Virus record (IMG/VR): IMGVR_UViG_3300025018_000016
Span: 1-53,837 of that record
Direction: 5' to 3' (one strand)
DNA from: a virus
Lineage: Duplodnaviria; Caudoviricetes
DNA length: 53,837 nt
How positions within the stretch are numbered: position 1 is the stretch's first letter; each line of letters opens with the position of its first letter. The notes beneath the pieces are model-generated. The model was not told the DNA's origin. It did not search any database and saw only the letters and a list, made by a program, of their open reading frames with translations. Of the stretch, positions 18,941 to 28,396 are shown in pieces. A program made the translations under genes and the position numbers.

Positions 18941-19264
18941 TTATTCTGTTACATAAAGCCCATATTCTGCTATTGGTTGCAATACCCTTGGCTCTACATC
19001 TGTTTTGATATACATTCCAGGAACATATGTTAGTGCTTCTGCTACTGCGTATGATCCATCCGGATTACGTTGTTGAGTAGTTACTTGTACGATACATCCA
19101 TTCATACAATTGCATACTTTCGTTGACTTCATCCAGCCTTGTTCCTGTGAAGATGCTTTACACAATAATTGAAAAGTATCTCCGTCACCATAAATTACTA
19201 GGTCAGATATATTTGCTTTTGCTCCTTTTGCTTCCAAAATTCCTAAGTCTTTTTCTTCCATCAT
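18941..19264 (-). CDS. Hypothetical phage protein
   Basis: 107 aa with RBS AAGGAG. Confidence 0.65.
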   Translation of the reverse strand: MMEEKDLGILEAKGAKANISDLVIYGDGDTFQLLCKASSQEQGWMKSTKVCNCMNGCIVQVTTQQRNPDGSYAVAEALTYVPGMYIKTDVEPRVLQPIAEYGLYVTE

Positions 19265-19342
19265 TTATCGCTCCTTTTAAGGCATATTTGTTTAATTTGG
19301 TATGATTGGTCATTAATTAGATAAAAATGACTTCTATGGGTG

Positions 19343-19768
19343 CTATACGCGTTTATTCTGTATGTTAAATACTATTTCATTCCACCACCTACTTTCTCTT
19401 GCTTGCAATTCGTATATCATAAAATTCATTCCAAATATTTTCCGGAAATCATCTTCGGTTTTATTTTCTCTTATCATCCACTGCATCTGTGCTTTTACTT
19501 GGATCACTCTATTTATTTCATAATTCCCATGAATAGATAATTCTTTACTTTGCAAATGGTGCGGGTGATTGCATACCGGTAACATCAATCCTTCTTGTTC
19601 AACTATTTCTTTATTGCATGAGCTTTTAAATACAATATGGTGTGCAATGATTGGAAGATTGCATCCGGCAAAATAACATTTTGTTCCTTCTTTGAATTTA
19701 TAAGTATTTGTCGCTGCTTTTTTCTTTTTCTTTGTCTTGCTAAACAACAAGTTGTCATCGTACAACAT
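19343..19768 (-). CDS. HNH-like zinc-binding protein
   Basis: CYFAGC...HHIVF...LMLPVCNHPHH...IH. Confidence 0.55.
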   Translation of the reverse strand: MLYDDNLLFSKTKKKKKAATNTYKFKEGTKCYFAGCNLPIIAHHIVFKSSCNKEIVEQEGLMLPVCNHPHHLQSKELSIHGNYEINRVIQVKAQMQWMIRENKTEDDFRKIFGMNFMIYELQARESRWWNEIVFNIQNKRV

Positions 19769-19970
19769 TTGATTTACCTCTTAAATAACCAAAGTATTCA
19801 TTATTAGTTTTACTGTGTTTCAATTTATTTGCAGCAACTTTTTCTTTCCAAGCCGTATATTTGTCGCAATAATCATCAGAATTTATTAGTTTACAAGTGC
19901 TACTTCGATTTTTACATTCTGCGCTACATGGTATTGGTTCGCTTGAAAACGACATTCTATTAAACGCCAT
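19755..19970 (-). CDS. Small Cys-rich protein
   Basis: PCSAECKNRSSTC...CDKYTAWK. Confidence 0.6.
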   Translation of the reverse strand: MAFNRMSFSSEPIPCSAECKNRSSTCKLINSDDYCDKYTAWKEKVAANKLKHSKTNNEYFGYLRGKSNVVR

Positions 19971-19972
19971 GA

Positions 19973-20512
19973 TTAATCCCTTTCTAAATATTTATCTTTT
20001 ATATCCGGATTATAATAACATTTTACCGGAATGCATGTTGGATATTTTTCAAGAAAGGCTTCAAGTCCGATTGTTTCTATTTCTTTATGGAGATCGGACC
20101 TGAGTGCCATTCTTCTATATCTGTTTACTTCCCATGACGAATATGAATTATATACTGGCTTGTCAACAAAATGAATTTCTACATTTTCTTTTGCCCCAGT
20201 TACACAGCACTGAACAAGTTCAATACACTTTGCACAATATCTTTCTATGTCTTGGTATACAACAAGAGGATAATCTGCATCGACACCTACGTCTAAAGCT
20301 ACACTGACTAAAAAGTCATGAAAAGCTACGTATTCTCTATAAGTGCATACAGTCTTTTTTAGACTAAAAGGCCTGTCATAATCCATGGCATCCTCAAAAT
20401 GCTTTTTTAACATTTCGCTACTGACTGCTTCAGAAAAATAACCTATATGTTGGCCTATGTCTCTCATAAGTGCATGTGCTAATTTTTGTTGTTTCCGAGT
20501 TATATAATCCAT
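19973..20512 (-). CDS. Putative HNHc-nuclease-like (DUF968-related) protein, degenerate motif
   Basis: QQKLAHALMRDI N-terminus, CCVTG..VEIH and MALRSDLHKEIETIG..F.EKY. Confidence 0.55.
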   Translation of the reverse strand: MDYITRKQQKLAHALMRDIGQHIGYFSEAVSSEMLKKHFEDAMDYDRPFSLKKTVCTYREYVAFHDFLVSVALDVGVDADYPLVVYQDIERYCAKCIELVQCCVTGAKENVEIHFVDKPVYNSYSSWEVNRYRRMALRSDLHKEIETIGLEAFLEKYPTCIPVKCYYNPDIKDKYLERD

Positions 20513-20520
20513 AATGTCAC

Positions 20521-21027
20521 CTAAAACCCTTTTAGTTTATCGAAAAACTTTCTTATGTCATACGTATAGTTTTTAACTTTTTTCCATTGACTAATTTCAA
20601 TTCCGTTATCTATGATCCATTGGTTTGGTATAGATTTGCGTGTTTCTGTTTTCATAAAATAATCGACATGCTTCCAATGGACAAAAAAAGTTTTTTCTAC
20701 TTTCCTGATATTGAATATTATGCCCGGTGATATTCCTTCAAAACTTGAAGCATATGTCAGCCCTTTTATTTGATTTTTTCTTAGTCCACTTAAAGAATAT
20801 GCTGAATTATTATAAGACTTCAGTTCTGCCATGATTACTACAGGCATACATATAAGCAAAATATCGTAATCATTTGTCATTTGAAATCTTATATTTTTAT
20901 CGGCTTTCATCTCTTCTTCTGACTTATAAAAACTTGCTGTCCCATCTCTCAATCTGTAAAAGTATACGTCATAAGGAACGCTTTTTTTAAAATCTTCTTC
21001 AAATTGCTTGCCTGGTGTTTTTGCCAT
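20521..21027 (-). CDS. RecU-like Holliday junction resolvase
   Basis: GKQFEEDF...DYD...ELKS, NQIKGL and RKSIP motifs (PD-(D/E)xK fold). Confidence 0.75.
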   Translation of the reverse strand: MAKTPGKQFEEDFKKSVPYDVYFYRLRDGTASFYKSEEEMKADKNIRFQMTNDYDILLICMPVVIMAELKSYNNSAYSLSGLRKNQIKGLTYASSFEGISPGIIFNIRKVEKTFFVHWKHVDYFMKTETRKSIPNQWIIDNGIEISQWKKVKNYTYDIRKFFDKLKGF

Positions 21028-21662
21028 TAATCTACCTTCTTCATTTGTACAACATTTGACGGTTGCCCTGCATCTTCTAATGTTACTTGTTTGTTTGCCT
21101 TTTGAAACCCTTTCAAGGTTACATGTGTTTCTAATATGTTTGGAATAGAAATATGTTCATCCAAATAACCTTCACCGAATGTACTTATAACTTTAGAATT
21201 AAAGCTTTCGCTGTAGTTTCTTACAGAAGCATCATTACTGTTGATTAATAATAATTGGCTAAGAATAGCTGCGTTAAATTGAGCATCAGTCCACTTACGA
21301 ATATAGTAATCTTTCATTTGTAGTTTATACTCGTAGCCGGTAAACAATCTTTCAACTGCGGTTGTTTTTTTAATTTTAATGGCCCACTTGCTATTATCTG
21401 TGGTCTTGTCTGTAAGTTCCCAATTAACATCAACTTCTACCATAATGTTATTAGGGATAATGTGGCTCAAATAGTCTGAATAGGCTGCACGAATTTTTGT
21501 TACTGTGTCAAGATAAGATTGTTTTAAAATAATTTTCTCTGTGATTTGCATATCCCCTATTGGCTTTGCATTGACTTGTCCGGTTCCTTCACCAAATAAT
21601 GCAATCAGGTTACATGTTCTTACTAATTCCTTATCGTCTAATATTAATACATATTCACTCAT
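21027..21662 (-). CDS. Phage metallopeptidase-like protein lacking HExxH
   Basis: W...QFNAAILSQLLLI followed by F...I..FG resembles the putative phage metallopeptidase layout. Confidence 0.4.
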   Translation of the reverse strand: MSEYVLILDDKELVRTCNLIALFGEGTGQVNAKPIGDMQITEKIILKQSYLDTVTKIRAAYSDYLSHIIPNNIMVEVDVNWELTDKTTDNSKWAIKIKKTTAVERLFTGYEYKLQMKDYYIRKWTDAQFNAAILSQLLLINSNDASVRNYSESFNSKVISTFGEGYLDEHISIPNILETHVTLKGFQKANKQVTLEDAGQPSNVVQMKKVD

Positions 21663-22443
21663 ATTTTTTCTCCTTTTTATAATACATTCTAAGTTTTTTT
21701 ATAATTTCTCCACCGTAATCATTTTCACATAATTCGATAAAATACATTACGTCATATATTCCGTTTTCTAAATCTATTTCGTGATTTTTAGCAAATTCTT
21801 TTCTGCCAAACTCACAACTACCCGTTAATTTATTGTGCCATTCAAAAAATTTCATTGCTGGATATTTCACACCTTTTTCAAACTCATTGATAAAATATTC
21901 AATACGTTCTTCTTCGCTCATGTTGTCATAAATTTTATTCATTAGTGCTACTCTTGCTTTTGCAACTGTTTCTCCATGCGCAAACAAATTACCATGCTTG
22001 ATTATGTAGCAAGGAGTTAGTGTTAAGTCTATATTTACTGTTGACCCTAATGCTACGTTTAATTTTATTTTATCAATAATTGTATTTACTCCATCAATTT
22101 TGTAAATATGTTTTCCATTTATGCTTTTTATTCCATCGCCATCGCCATCGCCATAGCCATAGCCAGAGCCAGAGCCATCGCCAGAGCCATAGCCATAGCC
22201 ATCGCCATCGCCATAGCCAGAGCCATCGCCATCGCCATCGCCAGAGCCATAGCCAGAGCCAGAGCCATAGCCATAGCCAGAGCCATCGCCATAGCCATAG
22301 CCATAGCCATAGCCAGAGCCATAGCCAGAGCCATAGCCAAAGCCAGAGCCAGAGCCATCGCCAGAGCCAGAGCCAGAGCCATCGCCAGAGCCAGAGCCAT
22401 CGCCAGAGCCATCGCTTACTTTTACGAATTCTAATACATCCAT
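21655..22443 (-). CDS. Gly-rich (G-S/Y/D)n repeat protein
   Basis: About 95-aa GSGDGYG tract followed by a globular domain (AHGET..A, WHNKLTGSCEFGR). Confidence 0.8.
   Translation of the reverse strand: MDVLEFVKVSDGSGDGSGSGDGSGSGSGDGSGSGFGYGSGYGSGYGYGYGYGDGSGYGYGSGSGYGSGDGDGDGSGYGDGDGYGYGSGDGSGSGYGYGDGDGDGIKSINGKHIYKIDGVNTIIDKIKLNVALGSTVNIDLTLTPCYIIKHGNLFAHGETVAKARVALMNKIYDNMSEEERIEYFINEFEKGVKYPAMKFFEWHNKLTGSCEFGRKEFAKNHEIDLENGIYDVMYFIELCENDYGGEIIKKLRMYYKKEKKYE
22133..22414. repeat. Hexanucleotide tandem array (gccatc/gccata/gccaga)n
   Basis: Directly visible. Encodes Gly-Asp, Gly-Tyr and Gly-Ser on the minus strand. Confidence 0.95.
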
Positions 22444-22727
22444 GCTTTCACACTTTCTATTGCCTTTACCGCTTCATTTGTACAAGCAATAATTTCAATA
22501 GCGTCTAATATTACCAGTTCGTCAACTACTACTGTAAATTTACATCCCTCTGCCTTTTTTGTTCCTGATTTTGCAAGTTCACTAATTGAGTTAGCACCAT
22601 CCCAACGCCAGAGTCTACGACAATTTGTTAAAGTAACTTCTCTACCTTCCTTACTTTCCAATATCCCAAAAAACACACCGCTTCTGTCGCCTCTTATTAT
22701 TACTTTTGCTCCTATTAATTTACTCAT
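22431..22727 (-). CDS. DUF6948-like small protein
   Basis: VIIRGDRSGVFFG.L...EVTL...RRLW.W.GA.SISELA. Confidence 0.65.
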   Translation of the reverse strand: MSKLIGAKVIIRGDRSGVFFGILESKEGREVTLTNCRRLWRWDGANSISELAKSGTKKAEGCKFTVVVDELVILDAIEIIACTNEAVKAIESVKAWMY

Positions 22728-22936
22728 TTTATTTCTCCTTCGATTTTTTCAATTTTTTGGCTAACTTTTTTTTGAAATTCTTTTACGTTTACAATTGCAG
22801 AATTTAATTGGTCAATTCTTAATTGTGCCTTGCTACATTGTTCTCCTATTTCTTTGTTGAGCACAGTTAATGATTCTTTGTCTTCTATTGCTTCCAAGAA
22901 TACATCTAAAAGTTTTAATTTTGTTTCATTGCTCAT
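22724..22936 (-). CDS. Hypothetical coiled-coil protein
   Basis: Overlapping start/stop coupling with neighbours. Confidence 0.6.
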   Translation of the reverse strand: MSNETKLKLLDVFLEAIEDKESLTVLNKEIGEQCSKAQLRIDQLNSAIVNVKEFQKKVSQKIEKIEGEIK

Positions 22937-23403
22937 ATATCACCCCTTAATTTGTATTTTGTCAGCTGGTTATTAAGTTTTTCATTAATCTTTACTAGTT
23001 CTTTGTTTTTATTTTCAAGCATTTGTATATCATCTTGAATTTTTCGAATCATTTTATCATAATTCAAAGATACAATATGCCCTCGAATATATACATCTAA
23101 TTCTTTAATAGTTTCAACGTCAACAGAATTAATCTCTTGTTGTATCAACCTTTTTACCAAAGATGAAAAACTATTTCCGTATGATCCAATCCGATTCCAT
23201 TCGTGACGCTGCTGTACATAGCTGTTTATCATCACTTCTTGACCAGTTTTGTTTTTGACAGTGTTTCCATTTTCAATTTTTGGTACTTTGATTATCTTTC
23301 CATTTGTGTCAAGGTCCGGTTGAAGCTCTAATTTTAATAGCCATAGATTTAATCTATCTCCTGTTTCTATTGCATAATTATCACTTATTTTTATTATTCC
23401 CAT
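22933..23403 (-). CDS. Hypothetical protein (start MGIIKISD)
   Basis: RBS GAAAGGA before ATG 23403. Confidence 0.6.
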   Translation of the reverse strand: MGIIKISDNYAIETGDRLNLWLLKLELQPDLDTNGKIIKVPKIENGNTVKNKTGQEVMINSYVQQRHEWNRIGSYGNSFSSLVKRLIQQEINSVDVETIKELDVYIRGHIVSLNYDKMIRKIQDDIQMLENKNKELVKINEKLNNQLTKYKLRGDI

Positions 23404-23425
23404 TGTTTTTCCTTTCTTCTTTCTA

Positions 23426-23848
23426 CTATGATCCATTAACATAATCAGTTACTTGTATACACACAACCGCAAATGCAGCTCTATCAAGAGTCCTATAACC
23501 ACCAATAAGGCTTAATTCTTCTTCTGTTCTTTTTTTCCAATACGCAACAAACTCTTTTTTTTTCTCTGGTTTATCTTCTAAGCCCAAAATAAACCTTTTT
23601 GTTAAGTCTATCCATTTTTTTAATAGTTCGTCAGTTGCAAATTGATAGTAAAAAACAATTATTTCAAGAAGATCTAATAGTTTAGGTGTACTTATTTTTA
23701 TATACTGCTCTTTTAATGCAGAAATCATTGCACTTGGTTCGTTTTCTTCCAATGCAATTGCGTACAATCCTGAATATGTTTCAGGATTATAAATGGCCCC
23801 TTGTACAACTTCGTTTAAAATGGCTCTTTGTCCTGTATTAACGTCCAC
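23426..23848 (-). CDS. Hypothetical protein
   Basis: 140-aa ORF overlapping the helicase end. Confidence 0.55.
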   Translation of the reverse strand: MDVNTGQRAILNEVVQGAIYNPETYSGLYAIALEENEPSAMISALKEQYIKISTPKLLDLLEIIVFYYQFATDELLKKWIDLTKRFILGLEDKPEKKKEFVAYWKKRTEEELSLIGGYRTLDRAAFAVVCIQVTDYVNGS

Positions 23849-24756
23849 TTTACTTGCTCACCTTCTTTCTTCCATCCATAACTCTTAACAATTATTTCTC
23901 CATTTTTTATTTCACACAAACTTCCGGTCTCTTTATCAAATCCAAGTGGTATGTCTTTATGAATACTGTTATTCCTAGATTTTCTTATGCTTAACCAACC
24001 ATCAGGATCTTCAATAGATTCTTTTTTAAAATTTCTTCTTACTACAAAAATAACATCTGCTAGTCCTGGTATGTCCGAAGATCCATTAATATTATAAATA
24101 CTTACATCTTCACCTCTTTCATACTGTCCTTTTCTGATATGCGTCACAACAATACTATGAGCATTATATGCTTCGTTCATATCAATTACAGATTTTATGA
24201 ACTCGGATTGTGCCTCGTTCTTTTCAGCTGCTGAAGTACTTACAAGAGACATCATATTGTCATATATAACTAAATCAATATTATTTGCTCTTACAATTTT
24301 TGTTACATACTCAAGCATTGTTTTGTAATTCTTTTTAATATTATCACTTAATAACTTTTTGCTTAACAACCATAGTTTATCTCCGTGCCAAGCTTCTATC
24401 ATTTCTAAAATATGTTTTTTTGGTTCTTTTATACTGTGTTTATTAAATTTTTGAAATTCGTAATAATCAGGGTTTCCACCAATAACCATTTGATATAGTT
24501 TGTTGATCAAAAAATCTTGGTTATGCTCTCCATCAACAATTAAAACTCTATATCCTTTGTCAATTGCATTCAAAGCTATTCTGTGTATTATTAGTGACTT
24601 TCCTTCTTCTGTTTGCCCGGTTATTACAGTTAAATTTCTTGACATCAAATCATTTGTTATATTATCCGAAGCATTTATACCTGTTGGAATAAATTTTGTA
24701 TCTCCCACACTAATAGGGGAGTAAGGCATTGCCTTTAAGTTCCTAAGAGCATTCAT
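23815..24756 (-). CDS. SF4 (DnaB/gp4-like) replicative helicase domain
   Basis: Walker A TGQTEEGKS, DGE, Walker B VIYDNMM, VVTHIRK, GSSDI..LAD and KSR motifs. Confidence 0.85.
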   Translation of the reverse strand: MNALRNLKAMPYSPISVGDTKFIPTGINASDNITNDLMSRNLTVITGQTEEGKSLIIHRIALNAIDKGYRVLIVDGEHNQDFLINKLYQMVIGGNPDYYEFQKFNKHSIKEPKKHILEMIEAWHGDKLWLLSKKLLSDNIKKNYKTMLEYVTKIVRANNIDLVIYDNMMSLVSTSAAEKNEAQSEFIKSVIDMNEAYNAHSIVVTHIRKGQYERGEDVSIYNINGSSDIPGLADVIFVVRRNFKKESIEDPDGWLSIRKSRNNSIHKDIPLGFDKETGSLCEIKNGEIIVKSYGWKKEGEQVKWTLIQDKEPF

Positions 24757-25022
24757 AACCTTTCCTCTACTCTTCTAAGTGGCAATTTAAGAACTTCTTC
24801 TTTTTTTACATACTTTAGTATGCTTGCTACTGTTGGATTGTATATTTCTTTTTTTATGTGATTGTCCACTGCTTCTGCAAATTCTTTTCCTGTAATGTCC
24901 TCAAACATATCAAACCACGTTTTCATGACTATACTATTGTTAATATCTATCTTCCATGTTGGATAAAAAGTTATTAATTTAAGAATATATGCTTTGAATA
25001 TGGCCTTTTCATTCTCAACCAT
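24753..25022 (-). CDS. Helicase loader/inhibitor (SPP1 G39P-like)
   Basis: YP....W..MF.D...F..AV..HI......PTVASI. Lies between initiator and helicase. Confidence 0.65.
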   Translation of the reverse strand: MVENEKAIFKAYILKLITFYPTWKIDINNSIVMKTWFDMFEDITGKEFAEAVDNHIKKEIYNPTVASILKYVKKEEVLKLPLRRVEERL

Positions 25023-25795
25023 TAAAAATCAGCTACCTTTCCTACACCTCTTTTTTGGTTCATCTGAATATACAATCTGTCAAAGTGTTTACGAAGCTTT
25101 GCGGTTGATAATATGTTTGATTGCCAAAAACTATCATTTGTAGCAAAATTCAAAACATCTTTAATATCTTGTTCAGAACGTTTGTCAATGCGAATCATTT
25201 TATCAATTTCTTTTGCCCATGAATTTACATTAGGTTCTTTAATGTTTGGATATAGTTCTTTTAATTTTAATACAAAGGCATTAACAATTAATATTTCAAA
25301 TGATTCATTGTTAAATATATTTATACTTGTTGATTTATTAATTTCTTTTTCTTGATTAATAAAATCATCATCAATAATATATTCTTTATTAGTATTTTGT
25401 TTATTAGTATTTAGTACATTAGTACTTAGTAGTGTGTGATTATCCGCGTCGGTTAAACCGCGTCGGTTAAACCGTGTCGGTAAATCGCACGCGGTGAAAT
25501 CACTTAAAGGCGCTTCGTATATGGTATAATCATAAGAAAACTTGCCATTTATTCTTATTTCTTCACGTGTTATATACCCATTTGTCATTAATTCTTCAAT
25601 TGCTGATCTAGTGCTACTTAATCCGTCAGAAGCATTCTTTGACAATTCAGTTATATATACTTGCCAATCATCAGGAAGATATAGTAAATAAGCAAGTAAC
25701 CCTTTTGCTTTCCATGATAACCTCTTGTCTTTTAATGCTGTGTTGTCTAAAATAGTAAAATTATTTTGTTTCTTTTTTATACTTATTTTGCTCAA
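25022..25795 (-). CDS. Replication initiator protein
   Basis: NFTILDN..LKDKRLSWKAKGLL.YLL wHTH N-terminus, C-terminal W...I.KM.R.D.R and FW..NILS.AKLRK.FD.L. Contains internal iterons. Confidence 0.85.
   Translation of the reverse strand: MSKISIKKKQNNFTILDNTALKDKRLSWKAKGLLAYLLYLPDDWQVYITELSKNASDGLSSTRSAIEELMTNGYITREEIRINGKFSYDYTIYEAPLSDFTACDLPTRFNRRGLTDADNHTLLSTNVLNTNKQNTNKEYIIDDDFINQEKEINKSTSINIFNNESFEILIVNAFVLKLKELYPNIKEPNVNSWAKEIDKMIRIDKRSEQDIKDVLNFATNDSFWQSNILSTAKLRKHFDRLYIQMNQKRGVGKVADF
25386..25499. repeat. Probable replication origin: iterons plus AT-rich ttagta repeats
   Basis: ccgcgtcggttaaa x2 (25444-25471), then ccgtgtcggtaaa and tcgcacgcggtgaaa, next to five ttagta units inside the initiator gene. 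Confidence 0.75.
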
Positions 25796-25896
25796 AATTT
25801 ATTCATCTCCTTTTTAAGATAATCACCAATAAAATACATTTTGTAATAATTTTCAATTATCTCTGCTTAAATTCTATAATAAACACATGTAATATC

Positions 25897-26118
25897 TTAT
25901 TCGTGGTTTAATAATTTAGCTATAAAATCAATTCCCTTTGTAGTGACTAATGTTTGAGATTTAATATATGAGGACTGTCAAAATATGGACTGACCTATTT
26001 GTTCTCCTAGTGATTCAATTTCATTTCTAATGTCTCTCATAATGTGTTGATGTTGTTTTCCTGTTATTTCTGCTAATTCTCTTGATGTCATTTTAATTTC
26101 ATTTAATAAATAATCCAT
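25897..26118 (-). pseudogene. Decayed Rha/ANT antirepressor
   Basis: MDYLLNEIKMTSRELAEITGKQHQHIMRDIR...QSIF*QSSYIKSQTLVTTKGIDFIAKLL. In-frame TGA at 25978-25980 and an apparent large internal deletion. Confidence 0.75.
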
Positions 26119-26282
26119 TATTTCTCTCCTTTCATGAGCCTCATTACTTCTGATTCAGGTATGCGCCTTGCTGAGCCAATTTTGACGCTCTTGATTCTTT
26201 CATGCTGAACCCATTGTCTAAGCGTTATTTCTGCCATGCTTAGCAAATTTGACACTTCTTTTATTGTGTACAATTTTTCCAT
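26118..26282 (-). CDS. Excisionase-like HTH_17 DNA-binding protein (54 aa)
   Basis: MEKLYTIKEVSNLLSMAEITLRQWVQHERIKSVKIGSARRIPESEV, RBS AGGAGGTG. Read by hand. Confidence 0.8.
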   Translation of the reverse strand: MEKLYTIKEVSNLLSMAEITLRQWVQHERIKSVKIGSARRIPESEVMRLMKGEK

Positions 26283-26310
26283 CAATTACACCTCCTATCT
26301 TAATATAAAC

Positions 26311-26348
26311 ATATTAACATATATTAAGTCATATTGCAATATATTAAT
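26311..26348 (-). promoter_or_regulatory. Promoter TTGCAA-17-(TGt)TAATAT overlapped by atattaa direct repeats
   Basis: Upstream of the xis-like gene. The repeated atatt(aa) units suggest an operator. Confidence 0.5.
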
Positions 26349-26394
26349 TAATCTGTTTATTTAATCTTAGTGATTTGTTGCCATAACTACAATA

Positions 26395-26422
26395 ATAAAA
26401 AAAGAAGCCTTTCAGCTCCTTA
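26395..26422 (-). terminator. Rho-independent terminator
   Basis: Minus strand aggagctgaaaggcttctttttttatt. Confidence 0.6.
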
Positions 26423-26431
26423 ATTTATCTG

Positions 26432-26638
26432 TCATTCAACATCAAACAAATCACTTGTTTTAATTTCTAATGCCGCTGCTATTTTATTAGCTGTTTTTAT
26501 TCTAATTGGTGAAGTATTATTTATTACCGTATTAATTGTTATATAGCTTAACCCAGATTTATTTGCTAGTGTTTTGCGATCATATCCCATAGATAACATA
26601 CTACTGTGTAGCTCTTTTAATTTTACTTTTATTATCAC
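26432..26638 (-). CDS. XRE-family HTH protein
   Basis: TLANKSGLSYITI..VIN....R.KTANKIAAALE....DLF. Confidence 0.8.
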   Translation of the reverse strand: MIIKVKLKELHSSMLSMGYDRKTLANKSGLSYITINTVINNTSPIRIKTANKIAAALEIKTSDLFDVE

Positions 26639-28379
26639 TTTTGTATATCTCCTTTAAAAATTGTGATGGTTCGGTTGCTTGAGTAAATCCGTTAAATAAT
26701 TTTTTTGTATTGCAAGAAGTAATCATCAATTCTTCTTTAGCTCTTGTTATTGCAACATATAATAATCGTCTTTCTTCTTCAATATTGTCACTTCTTGTCA
26801 TTGGAAACTCTTTTTGAAAGAAATTAGGAATAAATACTTTATGAAATTCAAGCCCTTTAGATCCATGTACTGTCATAATTGTTATAGCGTCAGTGTCTTT
26901 CTTTAAAGTATCTTGAATATCCCTTATCATTACCCAACGAATAAATGCAGCTAGAGAAGTATCTAATCGCTTAAAAGATTGTACGTTTCTCCATTTTTTA
27001 ACTTCTTTACGGAATTCTTCCAATTCTGATAAGCGTGTTTCTCTGTGTTGATCTGAATATCGTGAAATTATATTGAACTCACTAAAAATACTTTTCATGC
27101 TTTCATATGCGTCTGTTATAAGCACTTTATCGTTGAGTTGATACAATTTATCGATAGAACTATAAAAGTCTTTATTTGACGCCTTTAAATGCGTGGAAAG
27201 TGGTATTCCTGTTTGACCTGCGTGTTCATAATATGGCATTATTTCATTTAATGCTTTTCCGTGCAGAAAACAAATTGATTTCATTACCGAATAATCATCA
27301 TTACTATTAACAATACTTTTTGAAATATATAGCAAAGATTTTATATGTTCTTTTTTCATAATATCAGCAGATGATAAAACTAGATTGACAGGATACCCCA
27401 TGTCATGTAATTGGTCTGCTATAGCAAGAGCTGTACCGTTCTTTCGACAAATAATAGCATTGTGTTTAAATGGATCACTTAGATTTTCTGCAATAATATT
27501 GATTTGGTCTTTTAATGTTTCATTGTCTAAATTAAACTCAACCGGAACTCCGTCACGTGTTGCTTTAGCTGTTTTATCAATTCTTTTAATATTGTTTTTT
27601 ATTAGACTTTCTGCCATGTTCACAATTTGATGGGTACTTCTATAATTGATTTCTAGTTTAAACATTTCCATTCCAGGGAATATATATTGAGTATTAATTA
27701 TGTATTCAGGCTTTGCGTCATTCCACTCATAGATAGATTGGTCAGGGTCTCCAATTACAACAAGTAATTCCGGATCAATAGCTTTTAATATTGTCAATTG
27801 AGCTGCATACGTATCTTGAAATTCGTCAATATAAAAAGCCTTATATTGCTTCTTAACTTCTTCCAGTACATCTTGATTCTCTAATAACATAACCGTCAAA
27901 TCAATAATCATATTCAAGTCAATTTCATTATATTCTTGCATAAGAGAATAATATGCCCTCAGAATTTTAGTCTTATATTTATCGTCTTTAAGTCCTTTTT
28001 CTAAAGTCATAGTCTTTGGCAATATTTGCTGACTTTCATTAATATATTTAAGAATATCATTCCTGTCATCTTGGTCAAACAAAACAAAATTATCTTCCCA
28101 TTCGATTTCATGAATATACTTAGTTAATATTTTAAGACAAAATCCATGAATTGTTTCTGCATTTAGTTCAGAAACACCTGCGGAATGAACTTTTTCTTTT
28201 AACTCGTTCGCTGCGTTCCTTGTAAAAGTAATCGCTACCATATTTTCAGGACTTATTCTTTCAGTATCTTTTTTAATTATTTGCACAAGAGTAGTTGACT
28301 TACCTGAACCGGCAGAAGCAATTATTAATTTTTTCATTGACTTACTATCTACTGCTAATTGTTGCTGTTTGTTTAACAT
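26601..28379 (-). CDS. UvrD/PcrA-like SF1 helicase
   Basis: ASAGSGKS, ITFTRNAA, TIHGFC, IDEFQD, GDPDQSIY, NYRST, TVHGSKGLEF and EERRLLYVAITRAK motifs. Confidence 0.93.
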   Translation of the reverse strand: MLNKQQQLAVDSKSMKKLIIASAGSGKSTTLVQIIKKDTERISPENMVAITFTRNAANELKEKVHSAGVSELNAETIHGFCLKILTKYIHEIEWEDNFVLFDQDDRNDILKYINESQQILPKTMTLEKGLKDDKYKTKILRAYYSLMQEYNEIDLNMIIDLTVMLLENQDVLEEVKKQYKAFYIDEFQDTYAAQLTILKAIDPELLVVIGDPDQSIYEWNDAKPEYIINTQYIFPGMEMFKLEINYRSTHQIVNMAESLIKNNIKRIDKTAKATRDGVPVEFNLDNETLKDQINIIAENLSDPFKHNAIICRKNGTALAIADQLHDMGYPVNLVLSSADIMKKEHIKSLLYISKSIVNSNDDYSVMKSICFLHGKALNEIMPYYEHAGQTGIPLSTHLKASNKDFYSSIDKLYQLNDKVLITDAYESMKSIFSEFNIISRYSDQHRETRLSELEEFRKEVKKWRNVQSFKRLDTSLAAFIRWVMIRDIQDTLKKDTDAITIMTVHGSKGLEFHKVFIPNFFQKEFPMTRSDNIEEERRLLYVAITRAKEELMITSCNTKKLFNGFTQATEPSQFLKEIYKSDNKSKIKRATQ

Positions 28380-28396
28380 TGTTTTTTATTTCTCCC

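Noticed and set aside
22080-22508. His/Ser/Gln-, Ala/Ile/Arg- and Met/Ala-repeat ORFs in alternative frames
   Set aside because: They are by-products of the stop-free hexamer array. Only the Gly-rich frame has coupled neighbours and a globular domain.
25978-25980. In-frame TGA as evidence of stop-codon reassignment
   Set aside because: Other genes end in TGA with coupled downstream starts and long ORFs are intact in the standard code. The gene also has a deletion, so it is a pseudogene.
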